DNA from: Polyangiaceae bacterium
GTDB taxonomy: Bacteria; Myxococcota_A; Polyangia; Polyangiales; Polyangiaceae
NCBI GenBank assembly: GCA_032229665.1
Contig: JAVTWR010000059.1
Span: 113,191-177,190, forward strand
DNA length: 64,000 nt
Reading direction: 5' to 3'
Shown: positions 25,547 through 37,209 of the stretch, in pieces
How positions within the stretch are numbered: position 1 is the first letter of the stretch
Layout: every line of letters begins with the position of its first letter
Program-made: the position numbers and the translations under genes
Notes under the pieces: generated by a model
Seen by the model: the letters and a program-made list of their open reading frames with translations, nothing else
Database searches by the model: none
Told to the model about the DNA's origin: nothing

Positions 25547-25903
25547 GTGACCTACGAGCAGCTCGACGCTTTCTGCAAAGCCATGCGCGGGACCACCTAC
25601 GTGACGCAGTGGGGTGGCTCTCACGTGTGGAAGGTCGGCGGCAAGGTCTTCGTGGTGGGCGGATGGGAAGTCGACCAACCGGCGTTCACCTTCAAGGTGA
25701 GCGAGGTGGAGTTCTACCGGTTGCGCGATCTTCCCGGGCTTCGTCCTGCGCCGTATCTGGCCTCTCGCGGCATGAAGTGGATCCAGCACTTCGCCAAGCC
25801 GGGACTTCGCGATCCGGAGCTCCGCGCGTGCATCGAGCGCTCTTACGCGATTGTCGCCCGCGGGCTCGGCAAGGCCGCGCGGGCCAAGCTCGCCTTGGTG
25901 TGA
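25547..25903 (+). CDS. YjbR/MmcQ-family (CyaY-like fold) protein
   Basis: GTG start. LDAFCKAMRGTTYVTQWGGSHVWKVGGKVFVV...PAPYLASRGMKWIQ matches the YjbR family pattern (recalled). Confidence 0.65.
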   Translation: MTYEQLDAFCKAMRGTTYVTQWGGSHVWKVGGKVFVVGGWEVDQPAFTFKVSEVEFYRLRDLPGLRPAPYLASRGMKWIQHFAKPGLRDPELRACIERSYAIVARGLGKAARAKLALV

Positions 25904-25920
25904 GCTTCACCGCCCGGGGC

Positions 25921-27516
25921 TCACCGGCGGATCGCCGCGTCGCCTTCGGTCTGCACCGTCCGGGGCGCACAACTGGCCCCGCCCGCATCGCCGTAGCGAC
26001 ACCGGAGCCCGCCGCAGCAGGTCTGGCCGTGAGCGCAGTCTTCGTGCTCGCCCGCGCACACACGGCGCACGTCGTCCATGCGACGCTTGGCGTCGTCCAG
26101 GTGGAAGGCGCACGTCTGGTACACGACGCGCGTCGACGCCACGGGGGTATTGCAGATGGCGTAGTCCGCGAGAGAGCCGGCGCCGCATTGGCATGGCGTC
26201 CCGTTGCCTGCATCCTCGTCGTCGCACGCCACGCTCGCGCCGCCGTCGGGCCACGTGTAGAGGCGCCGGGCGTTGCGCGTCCGGATCTCCCGGTCGAGAG
26301 GCCCCCTGGCATACGCCAGCGCGAGGAGCGCGCGGACCGTGACCGGCGGCGGATACGGCGCCTCTCGGGGGAACCCGGCGTCCGGAGCGGCTGCCGGCTG
26401 CTTTGCCCACCGATGAAAGTCGTTCGCGAGCTCCGTTGGGCTGCAGAGCCCGCCATCGCAGTCGAGAGCGCTCGCACACGGTGGTCGCGCGAGCCATGGG
26501 AGGGCGGCGTCGCACCGGATGTCCGCATGCGCGATGAGCGCGGCGGCCACGCGACGCCCGGTGATCCGGTCCATTTCCGGAGAAGGGGGAATGGCGGCGG
26601 CAACGTCGCAGCTGGCCTGGCCTGCGGCAGCAGGAGCCTTGTCGGCGCCGATGACGGCGGCCCAGGCGAGCGCGCGCTGGTGTGACCAGTTCAGGGGATC
26701 CGGCTTTCCGGAGGCGCTGAGCCGCGCCGCGGGATCCTCCATGGGGCGGACCAGGAGCGCTCGCAGCTGGCGCGCCGCGCCCTCCCCGACGCCGGGCGCT
26801 TCCATGGGGCATTGCTCCGCGGCCCGCACGTAGCGCGGCATCGGGGCATCCTGCTCCACCAGCGCACCGCACAGGCCGCCGAGAACGCGATCGCGCACGG
26901 GGGGAGATGCGCCGGCCAGGGACATGGCCCAGGGGTCTTCGCGGGTGTTCCCGTGTGGCTCGTCCATCCGGTCGAGGTGAAGCTTCGACGCGGTGCCGTC
27001 GCCTTCGTCCTCCTCGAGCGACCGCGAGAGCTCGCGCCAGACGGACACCGTGGACTTCGTGAGCGAATCGTCGCACGCGAAGACTCGCTCGATGGATCGC
27101 GATAGAGGCTCGACCTTCGTCCAGTCGGGCTTCTTCTTGGTGCCCACGGGCGCTCCGCATTCCACGAGGTGGCGATCACCGCCCCGGAGGCGGATCAGGT
27201 TCCATGCGTCCTTGCCTTGGCAGCGGTACGCCACGAGCTTGCCCGCGTCGTCCTCGGCCATGTCGACGTGGTCGCAGTGCACGCGGTGGGTGATCGGCGG
27301 CGTGGTCTCGATGCGGAGCGCAAACTCGGCAACCATCGCGGGAAACTTGGTGCCGGCCCAGTCCACGTTGCGGACCAGTGAGACCTTCACCTTGCCGTCG
27401 AGGGTCTCGTAGGTCTTCTCCCCTCGCACGCAGGAGCACCCGCGGCCGCACGCCGAGGAGCCGAGCAGCAGCGCGAGCGGCGCGAGAAACGCAACGAGGC
27501 GCGGGGAACCCTTCAT
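25921..27516 (-). CDS. hypothetical cysteine-rich lipoprotein (531 aa)
   Basis: MKGSPRLVAFLAPLALLLGSSAC lipobox. More than 25 Cys, with a C-terminal CAGEHEDCAHGQTCCGGLRCRYGDAGGASC knot-like motif. Confidence 0.7.
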   Translation of the reverse strand: MKGSPRLVAFLAPLALLLGSSACGRGCSCVRGEKTYETLDGKVKVSLVRNVDWAGTKFPAMVAEFALRIETTPPITHRVHCDHVDMAEDDAGKLVAYRCQGKDAWNLIRLRGGDRHLVECGAPVGTKKKPDWTKVEPLSRSIERVFACDDSLTKSTVSVWRELSRSLEEDEGDGTASKLHLDRMDEPHGNTREDPWAMSLAGASPPVRDRVLGGLCGALVEQDAPMPRYVRAAEQCPMEAPGVGEGAARQLRALLVRPMEDPAARLSASGKPDPLNWSHQRALAWAAVIGADKAPAAAGQASCDVAAAIPPSPEMDRITGRRVAAALIAHADIRCDAALPWLARPPCASALDCDGGLCSPTELANDFHRWAKQPAAAPDAGFPREAPYPPPVTVRALLALAYARGPLDREIRTRNARRLYTWPDGGASVACDDEDAGNGTPCQCGAGSLADYAICNTPVASTRVVYQTCAFHLDDAKRRMDDVRRVCAGEHEDCAHGQTCCGGLRCRYGDAGGASCAPRTVQTEGDAAIRR

Positions 27517-27582
27517 CGCCTCAGGCTACCGCGGTCGCGGCGCCAGCGGCCCGAGAACCCGCACCAGGGTTTGGCCTGGGCT

Positions 27583-29870
<2,288 letters not shown>

Positions 29871-29874
<4 letters not shown>

Positions 29875-30074
29875 GCGGTCGACGCTGCGGCGTCGTATCC
29901 GGCGTCGTCCAGCGCCTCGATCACCTGGGTGGGGGTGACCTCGGGGTCGAGGCGCACCTTGGCGCTCCCCACCTCGACCGCGTCCACGTGCACCCCCTGG
30001 ATGCCCTCGAGGGTCTTCTTCACCCGCGTCACGCAGCCCTGGCAGCTCATGCCTTGAATCTTCAGCTCGAGCAT
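29871..30074 (-). CDS. copZ: heavy-metal-associated copper chaperone
   Basis: 67 aa, [28 protein letters not shown] (MxCxxC). ATGA overlap with copA. Confidence 0.85.
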
Positions 30075-30079
30075 GTGGT

Positions 30080-31093
30080 TCACGCTTTCTTCCGCCGCTT
30101 GTTGTGCTTGCCCACCAGCGAGACGTAGTCGGGGACCGGTGTGTCGAGGCGCGCGTCGAAGGTGCCGCGGGCCTCTTCCGAGAGCGCCGGCAAACGATCG
30201 AGCATCACCCGCAGCGCTTTGGCTTCGCTGGGCGTGGCCACCTGGGCCACCGCGTCTTCGCTCTCCTGGAGGTCCTTGATGCGCGTCCCGCGGAGGTGGC
30301 CGCGGCGCACCAGGTCGCGGTAGCTGCGCGCCAGCTGGTCGCCGTCGAAGCGATGCTGCGTCACCAGCTCGGCGCCCACCCGGAACACCGCCTCGGGCAG
30401 GATGCGACGATCCTCGAACACCACGAAGGCCGCCTGCAGGTAGTTGTAGAACGGGACAGCCCGTGCACCATACATGTGAAAATCGCCCGGGGGCGACTGC
30501 CCCTCGAGGTGGATGAGCACCCGCTCGATGGCGTCGCCGCGCACCAACTTCTTGGCCGAGTGCACCGCCGCCTCGATGACGTCCTCGTACACGTTGCCGC
30601 GCTCCAGCACCTCGACCAGCGTCTCTTCGCCGATGCGTCCGCTGACGAAGTCCGCGTACACCGAGTACACGAAGGCGTCGGCCTCGGCGTCGTCGCCGAA
30701 CAGGGTCTCGCGCGGAAGGGGCTCGCCCTCCGGCACCGAGATGCCGGCGCGCGCCGCGAGCAGCATCGGGAGCTTGTAGCCCAGCTGATCCTTGATGGCG
30801 CGAAAGCGGAGGCGCAGTGCGTTCTGGAGGTTGGGCTTGAGGGTGAAGCTCTTCCAGGTGATGCCGTCGAGGCGCAGCTTGTCTTCCAGGCGCCGCCGCA
30901 TCTGCTCCGGCGAGCCGGAGAGAATGTGAATCTCGCTGTCGTCGCGGGCCATCTCCCGCATCAAGGTCATGGCGCCCGGGTTGGTGCGCTTCTCGTCGGC
31001 CCGCTCCAACGCCGTGCGAACGAGATCCCGCAGCGTATCGAACTCGGTACGCAGATAGGTCTTGTCCAGATCCCAGCGAGCAATGTGGTGCAC
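30080..31093 (-). CDS. HAD-superfamily-like (DxDxT) hydrolase domain protein
   Basis: A GTG at 31093 gives (M)[13 protein letters not shown] with a DxDxT motif, then SGSPEQ and [10 protein letters not shown] (HAD motif III-like). Ends 5 nt upstream of copZ. Start uncertain. Confidence 0.55.
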   Translation of the reverse strand: MHHIARWDLDKTYLRTEFDTLRDLVRTALERADEKRTNPGAMTLMREMARDDSEIHILSGSPEQMRRRLEDKLRLDGITWKSFTLKPNLQNALRLRFRAIKDQLGYKLPMLLAARAGISVPEGEPLPRETLFGDDAEADAFVYSVYADFVSGRIGEETLVEVLERGNVYEDVIEAAVHSAKKLVRGDAIERVLIHLEGQSPPGDFHMYGARAVPFYNYLQAAFVVFEDRRILPEAVFRVGAELVTQHRFDGDQLARSYRDLVRRGHLRGTRIKDLQESEDAVAQVATPSEAKALRVMLDRLPALSEEARGTFDARLDTPVPDYVSLVGKHNKRRKKA

Positions 31094-31163
31094 GGTCTCG
31101 CGCAGGGTACCGTGGACGGCCCCACGGCACAACGCTGCAGCACGCCGAAGGCGGCGGAACTGC

Positions 31164-31898
31164 CTACGGAGCCTCGCGGTCCAGGCGTAGCAGCGAGGGC
31201 CGGTGCGGAAGCGTCCGGTGCCCGTGCCCTCGGGCCCAGAGCGCACGCGCCAGGTCCATGGCCCGCGATCCGTCGTCGACGCTTCGAACCCAGGTGCACT
31301 CGTCGGGGGTGATCGCGGTGAGCATGACCAGCCGCGCTTCCTCGCCGCTCGCCTGCCAGAGGAGGTGCTGCGCCTCGCGGCCGAAGGTGGTGGTCTGCGA
31401 AAGGGGCATTCCCGCCAGCGCGCCCACGCTGCCCTCGGTCATGAGCAAGTGCGCGAGCGCCGGCTCCGGTGGAAGGATCTGCGTCACCATACCGAAGTGG
31501 TCCACGAGCTCGAGGAGCCGGAACTCGTCCATGACGTAGCAGCTGCCGAGCCACAAGAGCGCGGGCACCACCCAGGCGCGGGCCTGCTTCGCCGGCGTGT
31601 CGCCGACCTCCTCGACCGGTAGCTCCATGCCGATCTCGAAGCCCAGCGGCGCGTGCCCCTCACCGTGCACCGACGGATCGAACGGATGCGAGAGCCCTTC
31701 GGTGGCGAACAGGACCGTGCCTTCGCGGCGCACCAGACGCACGCGGCCCAGCGCACGAAAGGGCCAAGGCACTATCGTATCGCCCACCCGCTGCGGCGTC
31801 GTGGTCCCCGCGATCTCCTTCGCGAGGTCGCCGAGCGTTCGCAGCGACCGTTCGCTCCGCGCCTCGAGGTCGCTCACCCGCGCTGCCAGGTCCGTCAT
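31164..31898 (-). CDS. SUFU-like (suppressor-of-fused domain) protein
   Basis: ATEGLSHPF...LGFEIGMELP...LVMLTAITPDECTWVRS resembles bacterial SUFU-domain proteins (recalled). Start at MTDLAARV (31898) or MTRTRH (31925). Confidence 0.5.
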   Translation of the reverse strand: MTDLAARVSDLEARSERSLRTLGDLAKEIAGTTTPQRVGDTIVPWPFRALGRVRLVRREGTVLFATEGLSHPFDPSVHGEGHAPLGFEIGMELPVEEVGDTPAKQARAWVVPALLWLGSCYVMDEFRLLELVDHFGMVTQILPPEPALAHLLMTEGSVGALAGMPLSQTTTFGREAQHLLWQASGEEARLVMLTAITPDECTWVRSVDDGSRAMDLARALWARGHGHRTLPHRPSLLRLDREAP

Positions 31899-32028
31899 GC
31901 CCGCAGTATGCCTGGTTCTCGTCATGGCGATGAAGGAACGGATGTGTTTCCTCGGGAAATCGCCGGAAGCTCGCCCTGCGCCGGGAATTGTTCGAGAATG
32001 AGCTTTCGTCTTGCCGGAGGAGGCTCTC

Positions 32029-34731
32029 TTGCGTCGTTTCGTCGTGCGCTGCCTGGTTGGTTCCGTCGTTCTCGGTGCTGCGCTCGCCGCGACCCGTGTG
32101 GCCGAGGCGCGGCCGCGGCACTTCGACAACTGGATCTTCGGTGACGGCTGCACCATGTCGTGGAGCCAAGCGCTCGTTCGCTCGGCGGGTGCTCGCAACA
32201 CGGTGCTGAGCACCGCCGAGGGGACCTCCACCTGGAGCGATCCGGCGACAGGTCAGCTGCAGATCTATACGGACGGCATTCGCGTGTGGGCGGCCAACGG
32301 CACCGAGGTGACGTCGCCGGCCACGCGGCTCGGCGGCAATCCCTCGGCCGCGCAGTCGGGCATCGTGCTGCCGGTCCCGGGCCAGCCGGGGCACTACTAC
32401 GTATTCGCGGTGCCGGCCATTCAAGGCACCGGCACCAACGGGTCGCTCACGGTCTCCAAGTTCAATCTCACGGGCGCGGTCCCTACCCAGGAGTCCGCGG
32501 TGTTCGCCCTGAACAACGGGCAGCTCGACGTGGGCGAGATGCTCACCGCCGTGGCCAAGCCCAACGGTCGCGATTACTGGGTCATCGTGGCGCGCGCCAC
32601 CACCGCCTCGAACGGGCAGGTGCTGGTCTACGACATCAACACGACGCCGCTGGGCAACGCCACCGTGCCCGCCAAGGTCGTCACCGCGGGCGGCGGGGGA
32701 ACCGCGCCCAACGTGTCGAGCTCGGGCAACCGGCCATTCTACCAGATGGCCTCCAACCCCGAGGGCACCAAGGTAGCGGCCGCTTCCTTCGGCGAGGTCG
32801 ATCTCTGGGACTTCAACCCCGCCACCGGTGATCTCACCAACGGCAAAAAGCTCCGGGAGAGCGCCGGCACGTTCCACTACGGCATCGCGTTCTCGGCCAA
32901 CGGTACCAAGCTGTATGCAAATGCCCTCTACGGCGTCGATCGCGGCAAGCTCTTTCAGTTCGATATGGCCAACGCCAACGCCGCCTTCGACTACGGCGCC
33001 TTGGCGGCCGGAGCCGTAGACGACGGCGCGGGAACCATGGCCCTCGGCCCCGACCGCAAGATCTACATCGCGGTGCAGGCGGTGGGCACCAAGCTTTCGG
33101 TGCTGAATACACCCAATGCGGTGGGCGCCGGGGCGGGCTACGCGGCGAGCGCGGTGGATACCTCCGCCGGGTGCACCAGCATTTACAGCCTTCCCAATGC
33201 GTTGAGCGCGTTCACCCGGCTCGACGCGGCCGATCCCGACAAGGACGGGGACTCCATCGCGACCACGGCCGATGCCGACGCCGATGGCGACGGCATTCCC
33301 AACCGCCTCGAGTCCGCGGGCGACGACGTGTCGAAGGACACCGATGGTGACGGCGTCCTCGACTACAAGGACAAGGACCAGGTGGGCGCCGGCTGCACCG
33401 ACGCCAACACCGACGGCATCTGCGACGCGATCCCGATCAAGTACGATACCGACCAGGACGGCATTCCCAACTTCCTCGACCTCGACTCCGACGGCGACGG
33501 CATCCCCGATCTCTGGGAGAACGGCGGGAAGGCCCTCGATGCGAACGGCGACGGGCGCGTCGACAACCAGACCGATACCGATGGCGACGGCCTGGCCGAC
33601 GTGGTCGACGCCGCGCCTGCCGACGGCAACAACGTCACCCCGAAGACGACGCCCATCGACAGCGACGGTGATGGGATCCTCGACGCCTACGAGCTCGACA
33701 GCGACGCCGACGGTCTGCTCGATATCGCCGAGACCGGCCAGGTCGACGCCAATCGCGATGGCAAGGTCGACGGCGCCATCGCCGACACCGACCACGACGG
33801 CATCGTGGACCAGCTCGACATCGACGACGGCGGCTCGATCAAGGCGACGCTCGGCGACACCGACGCCGATGGTAAGCCCGACTTCCAGGACGCCGACGAC
33901 GACAACGACACGATCCTCACCAAGGACGAGCTCGGCTCCGGCGGCGCGGCCAATCCCGTCGACACCGACGCCGACGGCAAGAAGGACTACCTCGACGCCG
34001 ACGACGACAACGACGGCATCCTGACCAAGGACGAGACCGCCGACTCGAAGCTGCCCAAGGTGGCCTCGAACGACGTGGATCGCGACGGCAAGCTCAACTG
34101 GCTCGACGACGACGCCGATGGGGACGGCAAGAAGGACGGCGTCGACGGCTCCACCCCGCGCGCCGACGACAATGGCAACGGCGTCCCCGAGTACCTCGAG
34201 GCGCCAGGCGCAGTCGTGCCCGGCGACACCGACGGCGACGGTCTCTCCGACGAGCGGGAGCGCCTGCTCGGCACCAACCCCGACAATCGCGACAGCGACG
34301 GCGACGGTCTCCCGGACGGTACCGAAGTGGGCACCGGCGCCACCGCCATCGATACCGATGGCGATGGAACCATCGACGCCCTCGACACCGACGACGACAA
34401 CGACGGCATCCTCACCAAGGACGAGGTCGCCGACGCCAAGGCCCGGGGCACCAGCGACGAAGATCGCGACGGGAAGCTGAACTGGCTCGACACCGACGCC
34501 GACGGGGACGGCGCGCTCGACGGCGCCGAGGGCCGCGGTGACGCCGACGGCGACGGCAAGCCCAACTACCTCGACGTCGACAACGGGGGCATCGCGACCG
34601 CCCCTGGCGCCCTCGAAGGCGGTGGCTTCGATTGCTCCCACGGTGGCACGAGCTCCGGCGGCGCAGGCTCCCTCGCCCTGGTGCTGGCCCTCCTCGCGTT
34701 GCGGCGCCGTCGCGGTGTCGCGCCGTCGTGA
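32029..34731 (+). CDS. secreted protein with a beta-propeller-like N-domain, about 25 thrombospondin type-3 (DxDxDGxxDxxD) calcium-binding repeats and a MYXO-CTERM sorting signal
   Basis: TTG at 32029 lies 5 nt after GGAGGAGG. Signal LRRFVVRCLVGSVVLGAALAATRVAEA. Repeats such as DTDGDGVLDYKD, DTDQDGIPNFLDLDSDGDGIPD, DADDDNDGILTKDE. The C-terminus GGGFDCSHGGTSSGGAGSLALVLALLALRRRRG is the MYXO-CTERM pattern. Confidence 0.8.
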   Translation: MRRFVVRCLVGSVVLGAALAATRVAEARPRHFDNWIFGDGCTMSWSQALVRSAGARNTVLSTAEGTSTWSDPATGQLQIYTDGIRVWAANGTEVTSPATRLGGNPSAAQSGIVLPVPGQPGHYYVFAVPAIQGTGTNGSLTVSKFNLTGAVPTQESAVFALNNGQLDVGEMLTAVAKPNGRDYWVIVARATTASNGQVLVYDINTTPLGNATVPAKVVTAGGGGTAPNVSSSGNRPFYQMASNPEGTKVAAASFGEVDLWDFNPATGDLTNGKKLRESAGTFHYGIAFSANGTKLYANALYGVDRGKLFQFDMANANAAFDYGALAAGAVDDGAGTMALGPDRKIYIAVQAVGTKLSVLNTPNAVGAGAGYAASAVDTSAGCTSIYSLPNALSAFTRLDAADPDKDGDSIATTADADADGDGIPNRLESAGDDVSKDTDGDGVLDYKDKDQVGAGCTDANTDGICDAIPIKYDTDQDGIPNFLDLDSDGDGIPDLWENGGKALDANGDGRVDNQTDTDGDGLADVVDAAPADGNNVTPKTTPIDSDGDGILDAYELDSDADGLLDIAETGQVDANRDGKVDGAIADTDHDGIVDQLDIDDGGSIKATLGDTDADGKPDFQDADDDNDTILTKDELGSGGAANPVDTDADGKKDYLDADDDNDGILTKDETADSKLPKVASNDVDRDGKLNWLDDDADGDGKKDGVDGSTPRADDNGNGVPEYLEAPGAVVPGDTDGDGLSDERERLLGTNPDNRDSDGDGLPDGTEVGTGATAIDTDGDGTIDALDTDDDNDGILTKDEVADAKARGTSDEDRDGKLNWLDTDADGDGALDGAEGRGDADGDGKPNYLDVDNGGIATAPGALEGGGFDCSHGGTSSGGAGSLALVLALLALRRRRGVAPS
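33222..34580 (+). repeat. coding tandem array of TSP3-like Asp-rich calcium-binding repeats
   Basis: Periodic gacaccgacggcgacgg / gacgccgacgacgacaacgac units at the DNA level, entirely within the 32029..34731 CDS. Confidence 0.85.
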
Positions 34732-34826
34732 CGAAGTACAAGTGCGTGTGACACGCACCTGATAGGCGGCAACCTGGGAGCCGGCCGCGCGTTGCTGCCC
34801 GGGACGTGATACTCCCTGGCGGTACC

Positions 34827-36134
34827 ATGCGTTTTCCCGGGCGCCGCAAGCACAAGCACTACTTTCCCGTGCACGAGCGCGATCCGCTCCTTCAGGCGGC
34901 CGGCCTCGAAGCCCCCAAGGCGCGCACGCACGTGGTGGGGGTCGACCAGACGCTCGTCGACATCGACGCGCGGGTACCGGAAGAGCTCATCGGCCGCTAC
35001 GGGCTCCCCAAGGGCGCCTCGACGGTCATCGACAACGATCGAGCCGCGAAGCTCTACGACGAGCTGTTGGCCGACCAGCGCATCCACTACGAGTTCGCCG
35101 GCGGTACCGTGGGCAACACGCTCCACAACTACTCGCTGCTCGCCGACGACGCTTCCATCCTGCTCGGCGTGATGAGCGAGGAGATTCGCATCGGGACCTC
35201 GGGCTATCGCTATCTCTCCAATACCTCGAGCCGCGTCAACCTCGACCACCTGCATCCGGTTCGCGGGCCCATCGGGCGCTGCTTCGCGCTGGTGACGCCG
35301 GACGGCGAGCGAACCTTTGCCATCAGCGAGGGCAAGATGAACGCGCTCCCGCCTTCGAGCGTGCCGCCCGCGGTCTTCGACGACGCCTCGGCGCTGGTGG
35401 TCTCTGCGTACCTCATGCGCTGCAAGCCCGGCGATCCCATGCCCGAGGCCACCATGCGCGCCATCGAGCTGGCGCGCGAACGCGGGATCCCGGTGGTGCT
35501 CTCGCTGGGCACGCGGTTCGTCATCGCCGAGCGACCGGAGTTCTGGCGCGACCTCATTCGCGAGCACGTGGACATCGTCGCCATGAACGAGGAAGAGGGC
35601 GAGGCGCTCACCGGCGAGGCCAATCCGCTCCTGGCCTGCGATCGCGCGCTGGAGCTGGCCGATATGGTCCTGTGCACCGCCGGCCCTACCGGGCTCTATC
35701 TTGCGGGGTACACCGACGACGCCGTCAAGCGCGAGACCCGCTACGCCCTCTTGCCGGGCGCCATCCCCGAGTTCAACCGCTACGAGTTCAGTCGCCCGAT
35801 GCGGCGTGCGCAGTGCGACAAGCCCGTGAAGGTGTTCGCGCACATCGCGCCGTATCACGGAGGGCCCGAGCGCATCTTGAGCACCAACGGCGCGGGCGAC
35901 GCCGCCCTCTCGGCGCTGCTCCACGACATGTCGGCCAATTGCTATCACCGCGCCACGGTGCCCGGCTCGGCCAAGCATGCCCGGAGCTTTCTCACCTACT
36001 CCTCCATGAGCCAGGTGTGTCGGTACGCCAACCGGGTGAGCTACGAGGTGCTGGTGCAATCGTCGCCGCGCCTCACGCGCGCGCTCCCGGAGCGCGAAGA
36101 GGGCCTCAACGAAGAGGCGTACTGGGCGCGCTGA
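34827..36134 (+). CDS. gsk: inosine-guanosine kinase (PfkB family)
   Basis: MRFPGRRKHKHYFPVHERDPLLQ..VVGVDQTLVDIDA..FAGGTVGNTLHNYSLLADD..GPIGRCF..CKPGDPMPEATM..NGAGDAALSALLHD..YANRVSYEVL..SPRLTRALPERE is collinear along its whole length with my recollection of E. coli Gsk. Confidence 0.9.
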   Translation: MRFPGRRKHKHYFPVHERDPLLQAAGLEAPKARTHVVGVDQTLVDIDARVPEELIGRYGLPKGASTVIDNDRAAKLYDELLADQRIHYEFAGGTVGNTLHNYSLLADDASILLGVMSEEIRIGTSGYRYLSNTSSRVNLDHLHPVRGPIGRCFALVTPDGERTFAISEGKMNALPPSSVPPAVFDDASALVVSAYLMRCKPGDPMPEATMRAIELARERGIPVVLSLGTRFVIAERPEFWRDLIREHVDIVAMNEEEGEALTGEANPLLACDRALELADMVLCTAGPTGLYLAGYTDDAVKRETRYALLPGAIPEFNRYEFSRPMRRAQCDKPVKVFAHIAPYHGGPERILSTNGAGDAALSALLHDMSANCYHRATVPGSAKHARSFLTYSSMSQVCRYANRVSYEVLVQSSPRLTRALPEREEGLNEEAYWAR

Positions 36135-37074
36135 AGAGCGCCTGCCAGCGCGGCAAGAGCGAAGGAAGCGGGCCGGCCGCCGCGCGCCCGACGTATCGCC
36201 CCCAAGCTGCCTCGGCGAGCTGGGGGTTCGATTCCCATCGCGTCAGCAGCGCGTCGAAGGCGGCTTCGGCGGCCTCTGCATCGCCCGCTTCCAGTCGGCA
36301 GTAGGCGCGGGCCTCAAGGACGACTTCGTAGCGCCATGCCCGCTCCTCGACGAAGAAGGCCGGGTCCAGCCCGTCGTAGCTCGCGGCGGCTTCGGACCAA
36401 CGCCCCAGGTCGTGGAGACAATGTGCGCGGAAGAGTCGAGACCAGCCGTGGCGCGGGTCCAGCGCGAGCGCGCGTTCGAACCAGGTAAGCGCGTCGGGAA
36501 TGGATCCGTCGGGGTCTTCGTACGAGAGGTTCCCGAGCCGGTAGGCGCTGCAAGGATCGTCGGGAAGGAGCTCCAAGACCATCGCCGCGGCACCCTGGGC
36601 AACGCCGAGCATCCGGCGCCCCGCCCGTGCGTCGGACCACGCGCCATCGAGGTCCTTGCAGCTCGCCGCGAACGTTTGTGCGGTGATACCTCGTGAGTCG
36701 TGCACGTCGGCGTTGCGCGGTTCGATGCGGAGCGCTGTGCGGTACACCCGGTCGACGGCGAGCCAGCTCCGCAAGACTTGCTCGCCCGTCCCGAGCTCCG
36801 ACTCGAGGTGGATCGCCAGCCGCCGCAGGACCTCCACCGGCGCGAGTCGCGTGACCTCGGCAGCGGTCGCGAGAAATGCACGCAGGTCGATGCGCTCGAC
36901 GTCCGCCGCGTCGGGACCGGACAGGTGCGTGTCGAGCCAGGCGTCGAAGGCCGCGCGGAGGTCTTGGAGAGCGTGCTCGCCGCTTCGCTCGGCGCGCCGT
37001 CGATCCAGCTTGCCGCGCTGCCGAGCGCGGTCGAGTTGCTTCGTAGCTCCGGTGAGAACGCGCGTGCGTGGCAT
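36106..37074 (-). CDS. hypothetical helical/TPR-like protein
   Basis: GC3-rich frame and TPR-like segments (ALTWFERALALDPRHGWSRLFRAHCLHDLGRWSEAAASYD). The 3' end overlaps the gsk 3' end by 29 nt (convergent). Confidence 0.6.
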   Translation of the reverse strand: MPRTRVLTGATKQLDRARQRGKLDRRRAERSGEHALQDLRAAFDAWLDTHLSGPDAADVERIDLRAFLATAAEVTRLAPVEVLRRLAIHLESELGTGEQVLRSWLAVDRVYRTALRIEPRNADVHDSRGITAQTFAASCKDLDGAWSDARAGRRMLGVAQGAAAMVLELLPDDPCSAYRLGNLSYEDPDGSIPDALTWFERALALDPRHGWSRLFRAHCLHDLGRWSEAAASYDGLDPAFFVEERAWRYEVVLEARAYCRLEAGDAEAAEAAFDALLTRWESNPQLAEAAWGRYVGRAAAGPLPSLLPRWQALFSAPSTPLR

Positions 37075-37209
37075 GAGTCCCCCTGGGTCGGCGCCCCCTC
37101 GCTCAGGGGCGCTGGGGCGATGCCGCCAGTATACGCGCGGTTCGAGATGGCGTAGCTGCGATATGGATCTTCCCGCCCGCCGGTCACTGCTCCCAACCGA
37201 CAGTCAGCC

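Noticed and set aside
33222-34580. Regularly spaced DNA repeats that could be mistaken for a CRISPR-like array
   Set aside because: Units are short, degenerate and entirely in frame within one CDS (the TSP3 calcium-binding repeats). There is no repeat-spacer architecture and no cas genes.
31660-34758. 1032-aa ORF on the minus strand, the longest in the track
   Set aside because: It is antisense to the TSP3-repeat / MYXO-CTERM gene. The repetitive VGV..VAIGV.. sequence is simply the reverse complement of the Asp-rich repeats. It has no start context and no domain signatures.
34566-36059. 497-aa ORF on the minus strand
   Set aside because: It is antisense to gsk, which matches E. coli Gsk along its whole length.
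36221-36240. tRNA T-arm-like motif TGGGG-GTTCGAT-TCCCA
   Set aside because: No matching acceptor stem, D-arm or anticodon arm exists at the required distances upstream. The motif lies inside a GC3-consistent CDS, where it encodes WESNPQ on the minus strand.
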